A stretch of 64,000 bases of DNA, taken from the NCBI GenBank assembly GCA_963743305.1, contig CAVUPH010000010.1:96001-160000 (forward strand). The letters run 5' to 3'. The stretch is from an uncultured delta proteobacterium (GTDB lineage Bacteria; Desulfobacterota; RBG-13-43-22). Position 1 is the stretch's first letter; each line of letters starts with the position of its first letter. The notes below the pieces were generated by a model that saw nothing but the letters and a program-made list of their open reading frames with translations, had not been told where the DNA came from and made no database searches. This document shows positions 43,206 to 54,457 of the stretch, in pieces. The position numbers and the translations under genes are program-made.

Positions 43206-44480
43206 TTACCCGCACCCGGTGCCGGTCCCGCTGCACTGTTGGCCGATTCCACAGCGCCCCGGTGTACGCAAAAGTATTTTGGGTATCTCTTTATCCAACA
43301 GCGCCGCCTCCACCCCTTCAGCGGCCATTCCTTCCATCACCACTACCCGGATATCGGCCTGTTCCAGGACCTGTTGGGGGGAAGACCCTATACCGCTGAC
43401 CAGGACGGAATTGCAATCGTGTAGCAAATTGACCATCTCCGCCCAACGCTCGGGGCCGTTTCCTGAGGAAGGTGTGAAACGTCGCTCCAGCAATTCACCT
43501 TTTGCGTCCCGAATCCCGAATATCCATAATTCCGTTGCCTCACCGAGATGCTGGTTGACGAAGATGCCCTCCCTGCTGGCCACTGCCGCATAAGGCCGAC
43601 CACCCGCCATTTTGGGTTCCGCAGCCTTTTTCAGCAACTCCATTACTTCCTTGCCCTGGGGGTGTCCGATCAGCCCGGCGGCGTCGGCCCGGCAACGGTT
43701 GCAGTGTCCCATCAGCGGCATAAAGCGTTTAATTTTTTCTTTGATGGCCGCCATCTCGGCTACCGACGGAGATTTTTTGTCCGCAAAAGGAGTCCCGGCT
43801 ACAGGGTAAAGGGGTATGCCATTCATGATATCGGCTTTCAAGTCCGCCATGGTTCGGGCGACGGCCTCGACATGACCGTCATTGATACCGGGGATGATCA
43901 CCGTGTTGATCTTCACCACAATCCCCCTGTCCTTGAGGAGTTTTATACCCTCAAGCTGTTTTTCCAGGATGATCCGAGCGGCATCCAAGCCCCGGTACAT
44001 CTTCTGGTTTACCCTGGCCCAGTCGTAGATAGGACGGCTGATTTCCGGGTCCACGGCATTGACCGTGACCGTTACGTGGCTGATCTTTAATGTTTCCAGA
44101 TCGTCAAGGTAGTCGGCCAGGGCCAGCCCATTGGTGGCCAGGCAGAGCATCATCTCCGGATGTCTTTTCCGGACCAACCGCAGGGTCTCGACGGTCTCCT
44201 TCCCGTTGGCGAAGGGATCACCGGGTCCGGCAATACCGACGACGGCGATGTTTTCGATCTTTGCTAAAACCGCGTCCAGATAATCGGCCGCCTGCCGAGG
44301 CGTCAGAACGGTCCTGGTCACACCGGGCCGGGATTCGTTGACGCATTCAAAATCCCGGTTGCAATAATTGCATTGCATATTGCATTTCGGCGCCACCGGC
44401 AGGTGGATCCTTCCATATTTATGCTTGGCCCCCTCGCTGAAACAGGGATGATGTTCGAAATTCATTAGCACCTCCATCAA
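43206..44480 (-). CDS. nifB: Nitrogenase cofactor biosynthesis radical SAM with NifX-like domain
   Basis: HPCF, RIHLPVAPKCNMQCNYCNR, ESRPG, GIAGPGDP, HCNRCRADA, VNQHLGEA. Confidence 0.96.
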   Translation of the reverse strand: MMEVLMNFEHHPCFSEGAKHKYGRIHLPVAPKCNMQCNYCNRDFECVNESRPGVTRTVLTPRQAADYLDAVLAKIENIAVVGIAGPGDPFANGKETVETLRLVRKRHPEMMLCLATNGLALADYLDDLETLKISHVTVTVNAVDPEISRPIYDWARVNQKMYRGLDAARIILEKQLEGIKLLKDRGIVVKINTVIIPGINDGHVEAVARTMADLKADIMNGIPLYPVAGTPFADKKSPSVAEMAAIKEKIKRFMPLMGHCNRCRADAAGLIGHPQGKEVMELLKKAAEPKMAGGRPYAAVASREGIFVNQHLGEATELWIFGIRDAKGELLERRFTPSSGNGPERWAEMVNLLHDCNSVLVSGIGSSPQQVLEQADIRVVVMEGMAAEGVEAALLDKEIPKILLRTPGRCGIGQQCSGTGTGCG

Positions 44481-45868
44481 ATGTAACTGTATCCCACTGC
44501 TGAACGTTCTTGGCTCGTTTCAATCAGGGCATTGACCACCCGGTCGAAGAGCTGCTGGGCGCCCCGATAGCCCAGATGAAGGATGCGCTGCCCGCCGATT
44601 CGGTCATGGATGGGAAAGCCCACTCGCACTAAGGGAACTCCGAGTTTCCTGGAGAGAAAATAGCCTTTACTGTGACCCAGGACGAAATCGACCCCGAGGC
44701 CTTGGCAGGTCTCCAGCATGGTGGCAAAATCGGTATCTTCGCAGATCAAAGGTTCTTCCCGCCAATTCTTAAGACCGGACCGGACGGCCTCCTTAAATTT
44801 TCCGGTGCAGGCCCCGGTGGCGCACAAGACGGGAACAATACCGATTTCGTCGAGCCAGAAGGCCAGGGCCGCCACAAAATCCGCTTCTCCATAAACCACC
44901 GCCCGTTTCCCGAAGACATACTTATGTCCGTCAATATAGGCGTCGATCAAACGGCCCCGTTCTTTTTCGTATTTTTGGGGCAGGGTCGCCCCGGACACTT
45001 CCTGAAGGGTCTTCAAAAATATATCCGTCTCCCTGATGCCCACTGGGATCCCCAGGGTCATGGCCGGCACTTTAAATTTTTCTTCCAAAAAGGCCGCTCC
45101 GGTTTTAAGCCCCTTAAGGCTATTCCCGAATTCGATTGTGGCCTGGGCCCGGCCCATATCTCTGATGGCCTTAATCGGCGTACCGCCTGCGGAAAGCTTT
45201 TGGTATTCGGCCCACGATTCTCCGTCCAGGGTCTCCGAGTAATCCGGAAGCAGGGTAAAGGCCAGGCCGAAATCACTCAGGATCTCTTTGAGATGGCGCA
45301 GATCCTCGGCCGAGAGAAAACCGGGCAGGATATTGATATTTTTGCCCCGGGGTCCGCCGGCGGCCAGGGCCTTGACGGTGGCCCGCACGGCCTCCTGAAA
45401 ACCCTCCAGGTGAGTCCCCCGATAACTAGGGGTAGAGGCAGGGATGAGGACTGGGAGGTCTTGGCCTTTTTTCTCTTTGACGTACTCGTTGAGATAAAGA
45501 CCGACGTCATCCCCGATCGTCTCCGAGAGGCAGGTCGTGGCGATCCCAATGGCTTCGGGGCGATATTGCCGAATGAGGTTGTCCAGGGCTTTCTTCAGAT
45601 TATCGCCGCCGCCGAAGATGGCACTCTGTTCGCTGAAGTTGGAGGAGGCGATATCAATCGGCTCCTTAAAATGGCTGATGACATACCGCCGAATATAGGT
45701 GGAGCAGCCCTGAGAGCCATGGATCAAGGGGATGCAGCCCTCTATACCTCTGAAGGCGATGCCGGCCCCTAGGGGGGCGCATAGTTTGCAGGCATTCCGC
45801 GTGGCCGTAAAGTTCCGCGAGATTATCTCAGGATAGGACGACTCTTTTGTTTCTTTCACTTCTATCAT
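44477..45868 (-). CDS. nifN: FeMo-co scaffold beta subunit
   Basis: NACKLCAPLGA, HGSQGCSTYIRR, TTCLSETIGDD, GFPIHDR; position after nifE. Confidence 0.92.
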   Translation of the reverse strand: MIEVKETKESSYPEIISRNFTATRNACKLCAPLGAGIAFRGIEGCIPLIHGSQGCSTYIRRYVISHFKEPIDIASSNFSEQSAIFGGGDNLKKALDNLIRQYRPEAIGIATTCLSETIGDDVGLYLNEYVKEKKGQDLPVLIPASTPSYRGTHLEGFQEAVRATVKALAAGGPRGKNINILPGFLSAEDLRHLKEILSDFGLAFTLLPDYSETLDGESWAEYQKLSAGGTPIKAIRDMGRAQATIEFGNSLKGLKTGAAFLEEKFKVPAMTLGIPVGIRETDIFLKTLQEVSGATLPQKYEKERGRLIDAYIDGHKYVFGKRAVVYGEADFVAALAFWLDEIGIVPVLCATGACTGKFKEAVRSGLKNWREEPLICEDTDFATMLETCQGLGVDFVLGHSKGYFLSRKLGVPLVRVGFPIHDRIGGQRILHLGYRGAQQLFDRVVNALIETSQERSAVGYSYI

Positions 45869-47238
45869 CTTCCACCTTCCTTAAGGATGACCGCTTTTGC
45901 CGGGCCGGAGAAAATTGCCAGACCGGACTCATTATGGAGCCATAGACTTCCCGGCAAAAATGGAGCATGCCTTCAAACCCGGCCAGGGCTATCTTTCGTT
46001 CATGGTTATGGTCGCAGAAGGCCGACCCCCATTTTATAGGCGATGGGCCTTTCCTTGACGCCGCCGATCAGGAGATCGACGTCCTTTTCCATCATGAACC
46101 GCGACAATTCCAGCGGATTGGTATCATCGACGATGATGGTGCCTTCGTCACATATTTCCTTCAGATATTCATAATCTTCCGGGTTGCCGGTCTGGGAGCC
46201 GACGATGGCCGTCTGGATGCCCAGGTGGCGCAGGGCCTTGACCAAGGAGAAGGCCTTGAAAGAACCGCCCACGTAAATGGCCGCCCTTTTCCCCTCCAGG
46301 GCCTTCCGGTAGCGCTGCACCTCGGGATAGATGCGGTTTACTTCGGTTCTGACCAGTTCTTCCGTCTTTCGCATCACTGTAGGATCGTTAAAATGACGGG
46401 CCACGCTGTAGAGGGCCTCGGCCGTGTCCTCGATGCCGAAATAGGAGACCCTCTTGAAGGGAATGCCGTACGTCTCTTCCATCATCTTGGCCAGTTGGGT
46501 CATGGACCCGGAACACTGGACCACGTTGAGACCGGCCCGATGGGAGGCCCGTATTTCATCCACTCGGCCGTCCCCGGTGATACAGGAGATGACCTGTATC
46601 CCCATCTGCCGGTAATATTCTTTAATCAGCCAGGTCTCTCCGGCCAGGTTAAAGTCCCCCAGGATGTTGATGCTCAGAGGCAGCCTGGGCTGCTCACCGC
46701 CTTCGCCGACCAGTCGGAAGAGGGCCTCACAGGCGGCCCGGTAGCCGTCCTTTTTGGTCCCCCGGAACCCTTCCGAATGTACCGGGATGACCGGAATACC
46801 CTGCTCAGCCTGCACCCTTTTACAGACCGCCTGGACGTCGTCGCCGATCAGTCCGATGATACAGGTGGCATAGACGAAAGCCGCCTTAGGGGCATAGGTC
46901 GTGATCAGTTCCGTCAGGGCGGCATACAGCTTCTTCTCCCCGCCGTAAATGACTTCTTCCTCCCGGAGGTCCGTGGAAAAGCTCAACCGATGGAGTTCCG
47001 GGCCGGAGGAAAGAGAACCTCGGATGTCCCAGGTATAGGCCGCGCAACCCACCGGGCCATGGACCAGGTGGAGGGCGTCGGCTATGGGATAAAGGACCAC
47101 CCGGGAGCCGCAAAAGACGCAGGCCCGCTGGCTCACGGAGCCGGCCAGACTGGCTTTTTCACACACAATGCTCCGGTCTGCCTCTTCCGCCCCTTTTTGA
47201 AACACCTGGTTTCTTCTCTCCTTAAGAATTTCAATCAT
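45828..47238 (-). CDS. nifE: FeMo-co scaffold alpha subunit; frameshift near 46021
   Basis: SQRACVFCGSRVVL, HGPVGCAAY, TCIIGLIGDD, NVVQCS; removing one C restores GFCDHNHERKIALAGFEGM...SPVW to stop at 45828. Confidence 0.93.
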
Positions 47239-47273
47239 TTTTCTTTCCTTTATCCTCGATCTTGGTGTTCTTC

Positions 47274-48650
47274 TTACATCACCAATTCAAAGCTCTCCTC
47301 GGGCGCATCGCGGTCCTGCCTGTCCAGGAGGGCATTGAGTATCTTTTCCAGGAGCCGCAGGGCCCCACGGTATCCGGTAATCGGAAAATACTGGTGCCCC
47401 ACCCGGTCGTAGATGGGGAAGCCGAAGCGGACCAGGGGGATGTCTTCATCCCGGGCTATATACTTGACATAGGTATTACCGAAGAGGAGGTCCGGTCTCT
47501 CCTTTTTGACGAGTTGATGGAACTGAAACATATCCACACCCAGACCCTCTTTGACCACAGCGTTCTCTCCGACAAACTCCCGGATACGCCGCACAAACTT
47601 CGGCCCGGCCGGGGTTCCCGTAACGATGAGACGCACGTCCATATCCAAATCGGTCAGAAATTGAGCCAGCGATATCAGGTGGTCCGGGTCACCGATCAGG
47701 GCCGCTTTTTTTCCGTAGAAATATTGGTGCATATCGGTCAGCACATCGACCACCTGGCCCCGCTCCACCATGAGGGTCTCCGGTACGTTGACCCCGGCCG
47801 TTTTCCTCAATAGATCGACAAAGCTATCGGTGGCCCGCAACCCGATCGGCAGATCCAGGCACTCGAAGGGGACCTTGCACTTCGTATCCAGGAGTTTGGC
47901 TGCCGGGAGCGAAGCGGTCCTTCCCAAGGCCAGGGTAAAAGAATTGTCGCCGGCGCTCTTGATCTCTTTCGTCGTGGCGCCTCCTTTGGGAAATAGGTGG
48001 AACTTGCCATCCAAAGGACCGTTCACCACCCCGGAGGTGTCGGGAAACAGCAGGGCCTTAACCCCCATTTCCGCGGCGATCCGTCTGATTTCGGCCATAT
48101 CGGAAGGTTCCACATAACCCGGAATGATGTTGAGCTGATGGGTCTTTTTCCCCGTCTGTTCCGCCAGATACTGGACCATGGCCGCAGTCATGTTGGCAAA
48201 ACCGGTTACGTGGGAGCCCTTGAAACTGGGGGTGTTGGCGTGGATGACCGTTTTCCCCGTGGGTATCTTTCCGTCGGCCCGGGCCTTGTTGATGATCTGG
48301 GGCAGATCGTCGCCGATGACCTCTGATAGACAGGTGGTATTGACGGCAATCACTTCCGGGTTGTAGAGGGTAAAGATATTGTTGATCGATTCCACCAGAT
48401 TGGCCTGGCCGCCGAAAACGGAGGCCCCTTCCGTGAAGGAACTGGTCGTGGCCATGATGGGGTCCTTATAATGCCGGGTCAGGGCGCTGCGATGGTAGGC
48501 GCAGCACCCTTGCGACCCATGACTATGGGGAAGACAATTATGGATGCCCAGGGCCGCGTACATGGCCCCCACGGGCTGACAGGTTTTGGCCGGGTTGACG
48601 GTCAAAGCCGTTCTTTCCGTCAGGGCTTCCGGTGTATGTCGCAACAGCAT
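47274..48650 (-). CDS. nifK: Nitrogenase MoFe protein beta chain
   Basis: NPAKTCQP, HSHGSQGCC, TTCLSEVIGDD, TPSF.GSH, GFPIYDR; short group II N-terminus. Confidence 0.95.
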   Translation of the reverse strand: MLLRHTPEALTERTALTVNPAKTCQPVGAMYAALGIHNCLPHSHGSQGCCAYHRSALTRHYKDPIMATTSSFTEGASVFGGQANLVESINNIFTLYNPEVIAVNTTCLSEVIGDDLPQIINKARADGKIPTGKTVIHANTPSFKGSHVTGFANMTAAMVQYLAEQTGKKTHQLNIIPGYVEPSDMAEIRRIAAEMGVKALLFPDTSGVVNGPLDGKFHLFPKGGATTKEIKSAGDNSFTLALGRTASLPAAKLLDTKCKVPFECLDLPIGLRATDSFVDLLRKTAGVNVPETLMVERGQVVDVLTDMHQYFYGKKAALIGDPDHLISLAQFLTDLDMDVRLIVTGTPAGPKFVRRIREFVGENAVVKEGLGVDMFQFHQLVKKERPDLLFGNTYVKYIARDEDIPLVRFGFPIYDRVGHQYFPITGYRGALRLLEKILNALLDRQDRDAPEESFELVM

Positions 48651-48665
48651 AACGTTCTCCTTTTC

Positions 48666-50318
48666 TTATTCATTCCATCCGTAGGAGCCGGCCAGCTCGG
48701 GGTTTTCCTGCCACGGGGCCTTGACCAATCGAAAAACCTTGGAATTGACCATTCGATCCATTTCCCGATAAAAATTGACGGCCCCCTGGAAACCGGCATA
48801 CGGCCCGCTGTAATCGTAGCTGTGGAGCTGTTTCAGCGGAATACCGGCCTTCTGAACGACATATTTTTCTTTGATACCGGCGCAGAAAATATCCGGTTTG
48901 TATTTCTCAATGAGCACTTCGGTTTCGTAATGGTTCAGGTCATCGATCACCAGGCTGTTGTCGGCCATGAGCGGCATCATCCCCTCATACTCATTAAACC
49001 GGATGCCCTCCTGACGAAGCCTATCGATCTCGGCCGAGTCTTTCCGCGGCCGGAAGCGGAGATCGTCGGGCCCGACGGTCAATTCCTCGATATTGCGCGT
49101 ATCGGCATCGACGGTAATATGGGGGATGACCTTCCGGCCTTCGTAATCATCCCGGTGGGCGAATTCGTATCCCGCCGAAACGGTCCGCATGCCTATCTCC
49201 TTGAAAAGCTCCTGATAGTGATGGGCCCGGGAGCCGCCGACGAAAAGCATGGCCAGTTTCCCCTCACAGCGGGCCCTGACCTTCAGGCGGACCTTCTCCA
49301 CCTCGGGCAGCTCTTCGGCGATCACCGTTTCCACCCTTTCCATCAGGGTCTGGTCACCGAAATAGGCGGCGATCTTGCGCAGGGATTTGGCCGTGGCCTG
49401 GGCTCCCACGAAATTGATCTTGAACCAGGGGATGCCGTAACGCTTCTCCATCATCTCGGCCAGGTAATTAATGGACCGATGGCACATGACCACGTTCAGG
49501 TCGGCCGTATGGGCGCTGGCGAATTCGTCATATTCCGAATTACCGCTGAAGGTGGAGTGGACGGTGAGGCCGCATTTTTCGGTGATCCGCTCGATCTCAA
49601 AGGCGTCGCCTCCGATGTTATACTCGCCCAGGATATTAAGCCGGAAGGCCCCCTCCTTCGGGGCTTCGAGCTGACCCACGACGTCTGTGAAGACTTTATT
49701 GTTGGCGATATGATGGCCGGCCGATTGGCTCACCCCTTTATAACCTTCACAACTGAAACCGAAAATATTGACGCCTGGATATTTTTCTTCCATCTCCCGG
49801 GCCACGGCGTGCACATCGTCGCCGATGAGTCCCACGGGACAGGTGGAGAATATACCGATGGCCTTGGGGTGAAAGAGTTCAATCGCCTCCTGGACAGCCT
49901 TTTTCAGCTTTTTCTCGCCGCCGAAGATAATCTCTTCTTCCTGCATGTCGGTGGACAGGGCATAGGGCATATAATTCGGATCGGTCAGGGTTTTCGGCCT
50001 GGTCTGATTACGCCGGGTCAGCCAACTGTAAAAACCACAGCCGATAGGACCGTGGGTAATCTGCAGGATGTCCCGGGTGGGACCGAGGACCACTCCCTTG
50101 CACCCGGCATAGGCGCAGCCCCGCATGGACAGGATTCCGGGAATCGTCCGGGTATTGGCCTGAATTTCCGGCACCGCTTCTGCTGGCTCGACTTGGTTGA
50201 TCACGATCTGTCTCGCGCGTTTGCGGGCAACTTTGACCGGATATTTTTTCAGGATTTCCTTTTTGACCTCTAAAGGATCGATGGCCAGTATCTTGGCGGT
50301 GTCTGTGTTTGTGCTCAT
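48666..50318 (-). CDS. nifD: Nitrogenase MoFe protein alpha chain (group II)
   Basis: RGCAYAGCKGVV, HGPIGC, TCPVGLIGDD, QSAGHHIAN, CHRSINY, VGGSRAHH, QLHSYDY; carries the group II insertion of about 50 aa. Confidence 0.96.
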   Translation of the reverse strand: MSTNTDTAKILAIDPLEVKKEILKKYPVKVARKRARQIVINQVEPAEAVPEIQANTRTIPGILSMRGCAYAGCKGVVLGPTRDILQITHGPIGCGFYSWLTRRNQTRPKTLTDPNYMPYALSTDMQEEEIIFGGEKKLKKAVQEAIELFHPKAIGIFSTCPVGLIGDDVHAVAREMEEKYPGVNIFGFSCEGYKGVSQSAGHHIANNKVFTDVVGQLEAPKEGAFRLNILGEYNIGGDAFEIERITEKCGLTVHSTFSGNSEYDEFASAHTADLNVVMCHRSINYLAEMMEKRYGIPWFKINFVGAQATAKSLRKIAAYFGDQTLMERVETVIAEELPEVEKVRLKVRARCEGKLAMLFVGGSRAHHYQELFKEIGMRTVSAGYEFAHRDDYEGRKVIPHITVDADTRNIEELTVGPDDLRFRPRKDSAEIDRLRQEGIRFNEYEGMMPLMADNSLVIDDLNHYETEVLIEKYKPDIFCAGIKEKYVVQKAGIPLKQLHSYDYSGPYAGFQGAVNFYREMDRMVNSKVFRLVKAPWQENPELAGSYGWNE

Positions 50319-50340
50319 AATTTTCTCTCCTTCAGCCTTT

Positions 50341-50721
50341 TCACCCTTCATCCAGGGCGTCATCACCGGTCTCCCCGGTCCGAAGGCGAACGACATCTAA
50401 AACGGGCAGGACAAAGATCTTGCCGTCCCCCGGCTTGTTGGTGCGATTCACGGAGACAATCGTGGAAACGGTTTTTTCAACCAGCTTATCGGGGACAATG
50501 ATCGAGATCATCCTCTTGGGAATCAGCCGCTGGCTGTTTCCGAGTTGGGCAATGGCCTCTTCATAACCCTGCTCCGCCCCTTTAAGCAGGTCCAGGTCCA
50601 CCAGGCCTTTGCCGCGGCCCAGGCATTCCCGGGCATGCATGGAGGATATGCCGGCTTCGACCAGAGACTTCTTGGTTTGGTTGACCTTATTCATCCGGAT
50701 AACAGCCAGGACCTCTTTCAT
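50341..50721 (-). CDS. nifI2: PII-like nitrogenase regulator NifI2
   Basis: MKEVLAVIRMNK...TK..L, GRGKG, LIPKR, PGDGKIF; between nifH and nifD. Confidence 0.92.
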   Translation of the reverse strand: MKEVLAVIRMNKVNQTKKSLVEAGISSMHARECLGRGKGLVDLDLLKGAEQGYEEAIAQLGNSQRLIPKRMISIIVPDKLVEKTVSTIVSVNRTNKPGDGKIFVLPVLDVVRLRTGETGDDALDEG

Positions 50722-51071
50722 AGCGTAACCTCCTCCGATCCTGCCGTCGTCTCCTTGATTCCCGAGCTGACGGTGTAGACTTCATCTACCGGCGACACGA
50801 AAATTTTGCCGTCTCCGAAAGCCCCCTTGTCGCCGGTCCGGGCGGCGCTGAGGACGGTTTTGATTACCAGGTCCTTATCGGCCTCCGGAACGACCATCAG
50901 CAACAATTCCTTGGGTATTTCATCGTAGGTAATGTCGCCGATTTTGATGCCCCGCTGCTTGCCGCGGCCGGAAACACTCATCCGGGTTACGGCCGGAAAA
51001 CCTTCGGCCATCAAATGCTCCAGAACGGTATCCACTCTCTCCGGCCTGACTATGGCTCTAATCATCAACAT
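50718..51071 (-). CDS. nifI1: PII-like nitrogenase regulator NifI1
   Basis: MIRAIVRPE, GFPAVT, GRGKQRGIKIGDITYDEIPK, GAFGDGKIF. Confidence 0.92.
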   Translation of the reverse strand: MLMIRAIVRPERVDTVLEHLMAEGFPAVTRMSVSGRGKQRGIKIGDITYDEIPKELLLMVVPEADKDLVIKTVLSAARTGDKGAFGDGKIFVSPVDEVYTVSSGIKETTAGSEEVTL

Positions 51072-51108
51072 GGTTGTTCCTCCTTCTTTACCGGCATCCT
51101 GTGCCTGA

Positions 51109-51955
<847 letters not shown>

Positions 51956-51978
51956 TCATTCAGTCGTAACGTTATAAG

Positions 51979-51993
51979 GCAAGTTAGATGCCA
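51979..51993 (-). promoter_or_regulatory. sigma54 promoter of nifH operon
   Basis: Minus strand TGGCAT-CTAAC-TTGC, about 45 nt upstream of nifH. Confidence 0.85.
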
Positions 51994-52389
51994 ACAGGTA
52001 AATGTGCGAGGGCCAGGGCTGGGGATAAAAGGAAAACCCGTTTGAAAACCAAGGGGATGAGGGTGATTCTTTTTTTAAAGGAGATGGTTCGGAAAGCAAT
52101 CACGACACCGATGCCGCCGAGGTGAAAGCCACCTGGAAGTAGGATTTTCGTTCAGAGGCCACCGAATGGTAGGGCTTTGATATTTAGGCTAGGAATGATT
52201 GGGATGTTGGAGTGAGGGGTGGATCAACGCTATCGGTGTTTATAGGGTTATTATCGCGGCCGGTAGAGGATAACAATAACACCGTCCGGGGAAATAACCC
52301 CTCCGATGAGGTCAAATCGATCCAGTGGAATTTTTGCGACTTGCCAATCCAAGAATAAGGAATTCGCCCTCAAACAAACTAAAAACCAT

Positions 52390-53934
52390 TCATTTAAATT
52401 GTCTGGGCTCGATTCCGTATTTGGCGACTCGCAGCCCAATCATCCGCTCGGTCATACCCAAGGCGCGGGCGGCCTTGGCCAGGTTGCCCCGGGAACGTTT
52501 CAATTCTTCAGCGAGGATTTCCTTTTCCATACCGTGGATCATCGCCTTGAACGAACCGCCGCTCCCCCCGCCCCCGTTCGAGTCGCTCCGCTGCAGGTTC
52601 GGCGGGAGAAGATAGCCGTGAATAACGCCATCAGTGCATAAAATAGTCGCCCGTTCCAGGCAGTTTTCCAACTCCCGCACATTACCCGGCCAGTGATAGT
52701 TCATCAACATGTCGGTGGCCGTCGTCGATATCCGGGTTATTTTCTTCCCGTGCTCCTTCCCGTATTTTTCTAGAAAATAACTAGCCAGGAGCGTAATATC
52801 GGTCTTCCGTTGCCGCAGGGGCGGGACCATAATGGGAAAAGTGCTTAGCCGGTAATAGAGATCCTCCCGAAACTTCCCTTTTCCCATGAGTTCTTCCAGA
52901 TTCCGGTTGGTGGCGGTAATGATGCGTACGTCAACCTTGAGGGTGGTGTTGCCGCCGATGCGCTCAAATTCCTTTTCCTGAAGGACGCGCAAGAGTTTGG
53001 TCTGGACCAAGGTGGGCAGGTCACCGATCTCGTCGAGAAAAATCGTTCCCTGGTGGGCCAGCTCAAAACGTCCCTGGCGAGCTCCGGTCGCGCCGGTGAA
53101 GGCCCCTTTCTCATGGCCGAATAGCTCGCTTTCCGCGAGCGATTCGGGAAGGACCGCACAATTGACTTTAATGAAAGGCTTATCGGCCCGGTTGGAGTTG
53201 TAATGAATGGCCTGGGCCACCCGCTCTTTACCCACCCCGCTTTCACCGAGGATCAACACCGTGGCGTTGGTCCGGCAGACCTGTTCGATCAGGGAATAGA
53301 CGGTCTCCATGGCCTTGGAATTCCCCACGATGGTCTTCGGCTTATACCGGCTCTTCAACGCCTCCTGAAGACGCTGATTTTCTTCCCTAACCTTTTCGAG
53401 CTCTTCCTGGGCCTGTTGACGCAACCGGACAGCTTGGGAAATACTGGAGGCAATGATGGCTAAAAGGCGGGCATCCTCTTCCAGGGCCTCTTTTTCAGTG
53501 GACAAACGGTCCGCCGAGAGGGTCCCGATCACCTCGCTTCCGATTTTTATGGGGACGCAGATAAAGGCGATGTCCCTCTTATCCAGTTTTCTTCTCGAAC
53601 CGGTCCGGTCGAGGAAGAGAGGCTCTTCGGAAATTCTGGGAATAATGGCCGGTTGTCCGGTCTCGAAGACCTTGCCGGTGATCCCTTCTCCCCGGCGATA
53701 CTTGCCCTTGGCCTGTTCCTCCGGCCGCAGGCCGTAGGCCTCTTCAATGACGATTTCCCCTTTCTTCCGGTTCAGAATGGTCAGGGAGCTCCGGAGGAGA
53801 CCCAGGTACTCCGTGGTCATTTGGAGGATGGGTTGCAGGACCGTCTGCAGGTCGAGGGCCTCGCTCAACTTGGTGCTGATATCAAAAAGGAGCGTGAGCT
53901 CTTTTATTTCGCGTAATGCTTTTGTCTCCGGCAT
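52390..53934 (-). CDS. nifA: GAF-AAA+-HTH sigma54 activator, NifA-like
   Basis: N-terminal [49 protein letters not shown]; adjacent to nifH. Confidence 0.85.
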   Translation of the reverse strand: MPETKALREIKELTLLFDISTKLSEALDLQTVLQPILQMTTEYLGLLRSSLTILNRKKGEIVIEEAYGLRPEEQAKGKYRRGEGITGKVFETGQPAIIPRISEEPLFLDRTGSRRKLDKRDIAFICVPIKIGSEVIGTLSADRLSTEKEALEEDARLLAIIASSISQAVRLRQQAQEELEKVREENQRLQEALKSRYKPKTIVGNSKAMETVYSLIEQVCRTNATVLILGESGVGKERVAQAIHYNSNRADKPFIKVNCAVLPESLAESELFGHEKGAFTGATGARQGRFELAHQGTIFLDEIGDLPTLVQTKLLRVLQEKEFERIGGNTTLKVDVRIITATNRNLEELMGKGKFREDLYYRLSTFPIMVPPLRQRKTDITLLASYFLEKYGKEHGKKITRISTTATDMLMNYHWPGNVRELENCLERATILCTDGVIHGYLLPPNLQRSDSNGGGGSGGSFKAMIHGMEKEILAEELKRSRGNLAKAARALGMTERMIGLRVAKYGIEPRQFK

Positions 53935-53944
53935 CCGCGCCCCT

Positions 53945-54301
53945 TCAGGTTCCTCCCCCTAAACCGGGATATTCGGCGCCTCCCAAGGTTTCAAGGGAAA
54001 TCACCTCTTCAACGGGCAGAACAGAAATCCAAGTCTCTCGGTCCCGGTGGGCCCCATCGGCTTCTTGGATGGCTTCTATGACCTCCCGGGCCATTTCCTG
54101 ATCCACCACCATTTCAAGCCTAATGGCGGATAAATAGTCTGTCGCCCGTTCCTTTCCCCGGAAGATCATCGCCGGACCTTTTTGTGGGGCGAAATCGTTG
54201 CATGAAGAAATGATCACCCCTTTAATGCCCAATTCCTCCAGGGCGACTTGGACTTCATCCAGATGAAAGGAATCGATCAAGGCTTTTATTTTTTTGAACA
54301 T
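53945..54301 (-). CDS. Degenerate PII-family protein
   Basis: KKIKALI..F.LDEV..AL..LG.KG, QKG...[11 protein letters not shown]; lacks Tyr51, TGxxGDGKIF and RxR. Confidence 0.8.
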   Translation of the reverse strand: MFKKIKALIDSFHLDEVQVALEELGIKGVIISSCNDFAPQKGPAMIFRGKERATDYLSAIRLEMVVDQEMAREVIEAIQEADGAHRDRETWISVLPVEEVISLETLGGAEYPGLGGGT

Positions 54302-54393
54302 GACCTTCTCCCGGTCCAATCGTCGGCCCTGTTAATTATCGCTAAAAATGTCGTTTTTTCTTTAGGATTCAAGTCGAAAGGCTTGGTTGAGAT

Positions 54394-54442
54394 AGGCCAG
54401 ACCCCGGTCCGGTTTTTAAACGGAATTTCCAGGGTCTGGCCT
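54394..54442. terminator. Hairpin between porin and PII-like gene
   Basis: AGGCCAGACCC...GGGTCTGGCCT 11-bp stem. Confidence 0.45.
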
Positions 54443-54457
54443 TCGGTGCTGTCTCCT

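Noticed and set aside
44672-50273. Long plus-strand ORFs (366, 481, 600 aa) opposite nifN/E/D
   Set aside because: Antisense shadows of GC-rich genes; no recognisable motifs
48666-50318. Alternative V or Fe-only nitrogenase
   Set aside because: No vnfG/anfG between D and K, nifEN present, and motifs fit group II NifD
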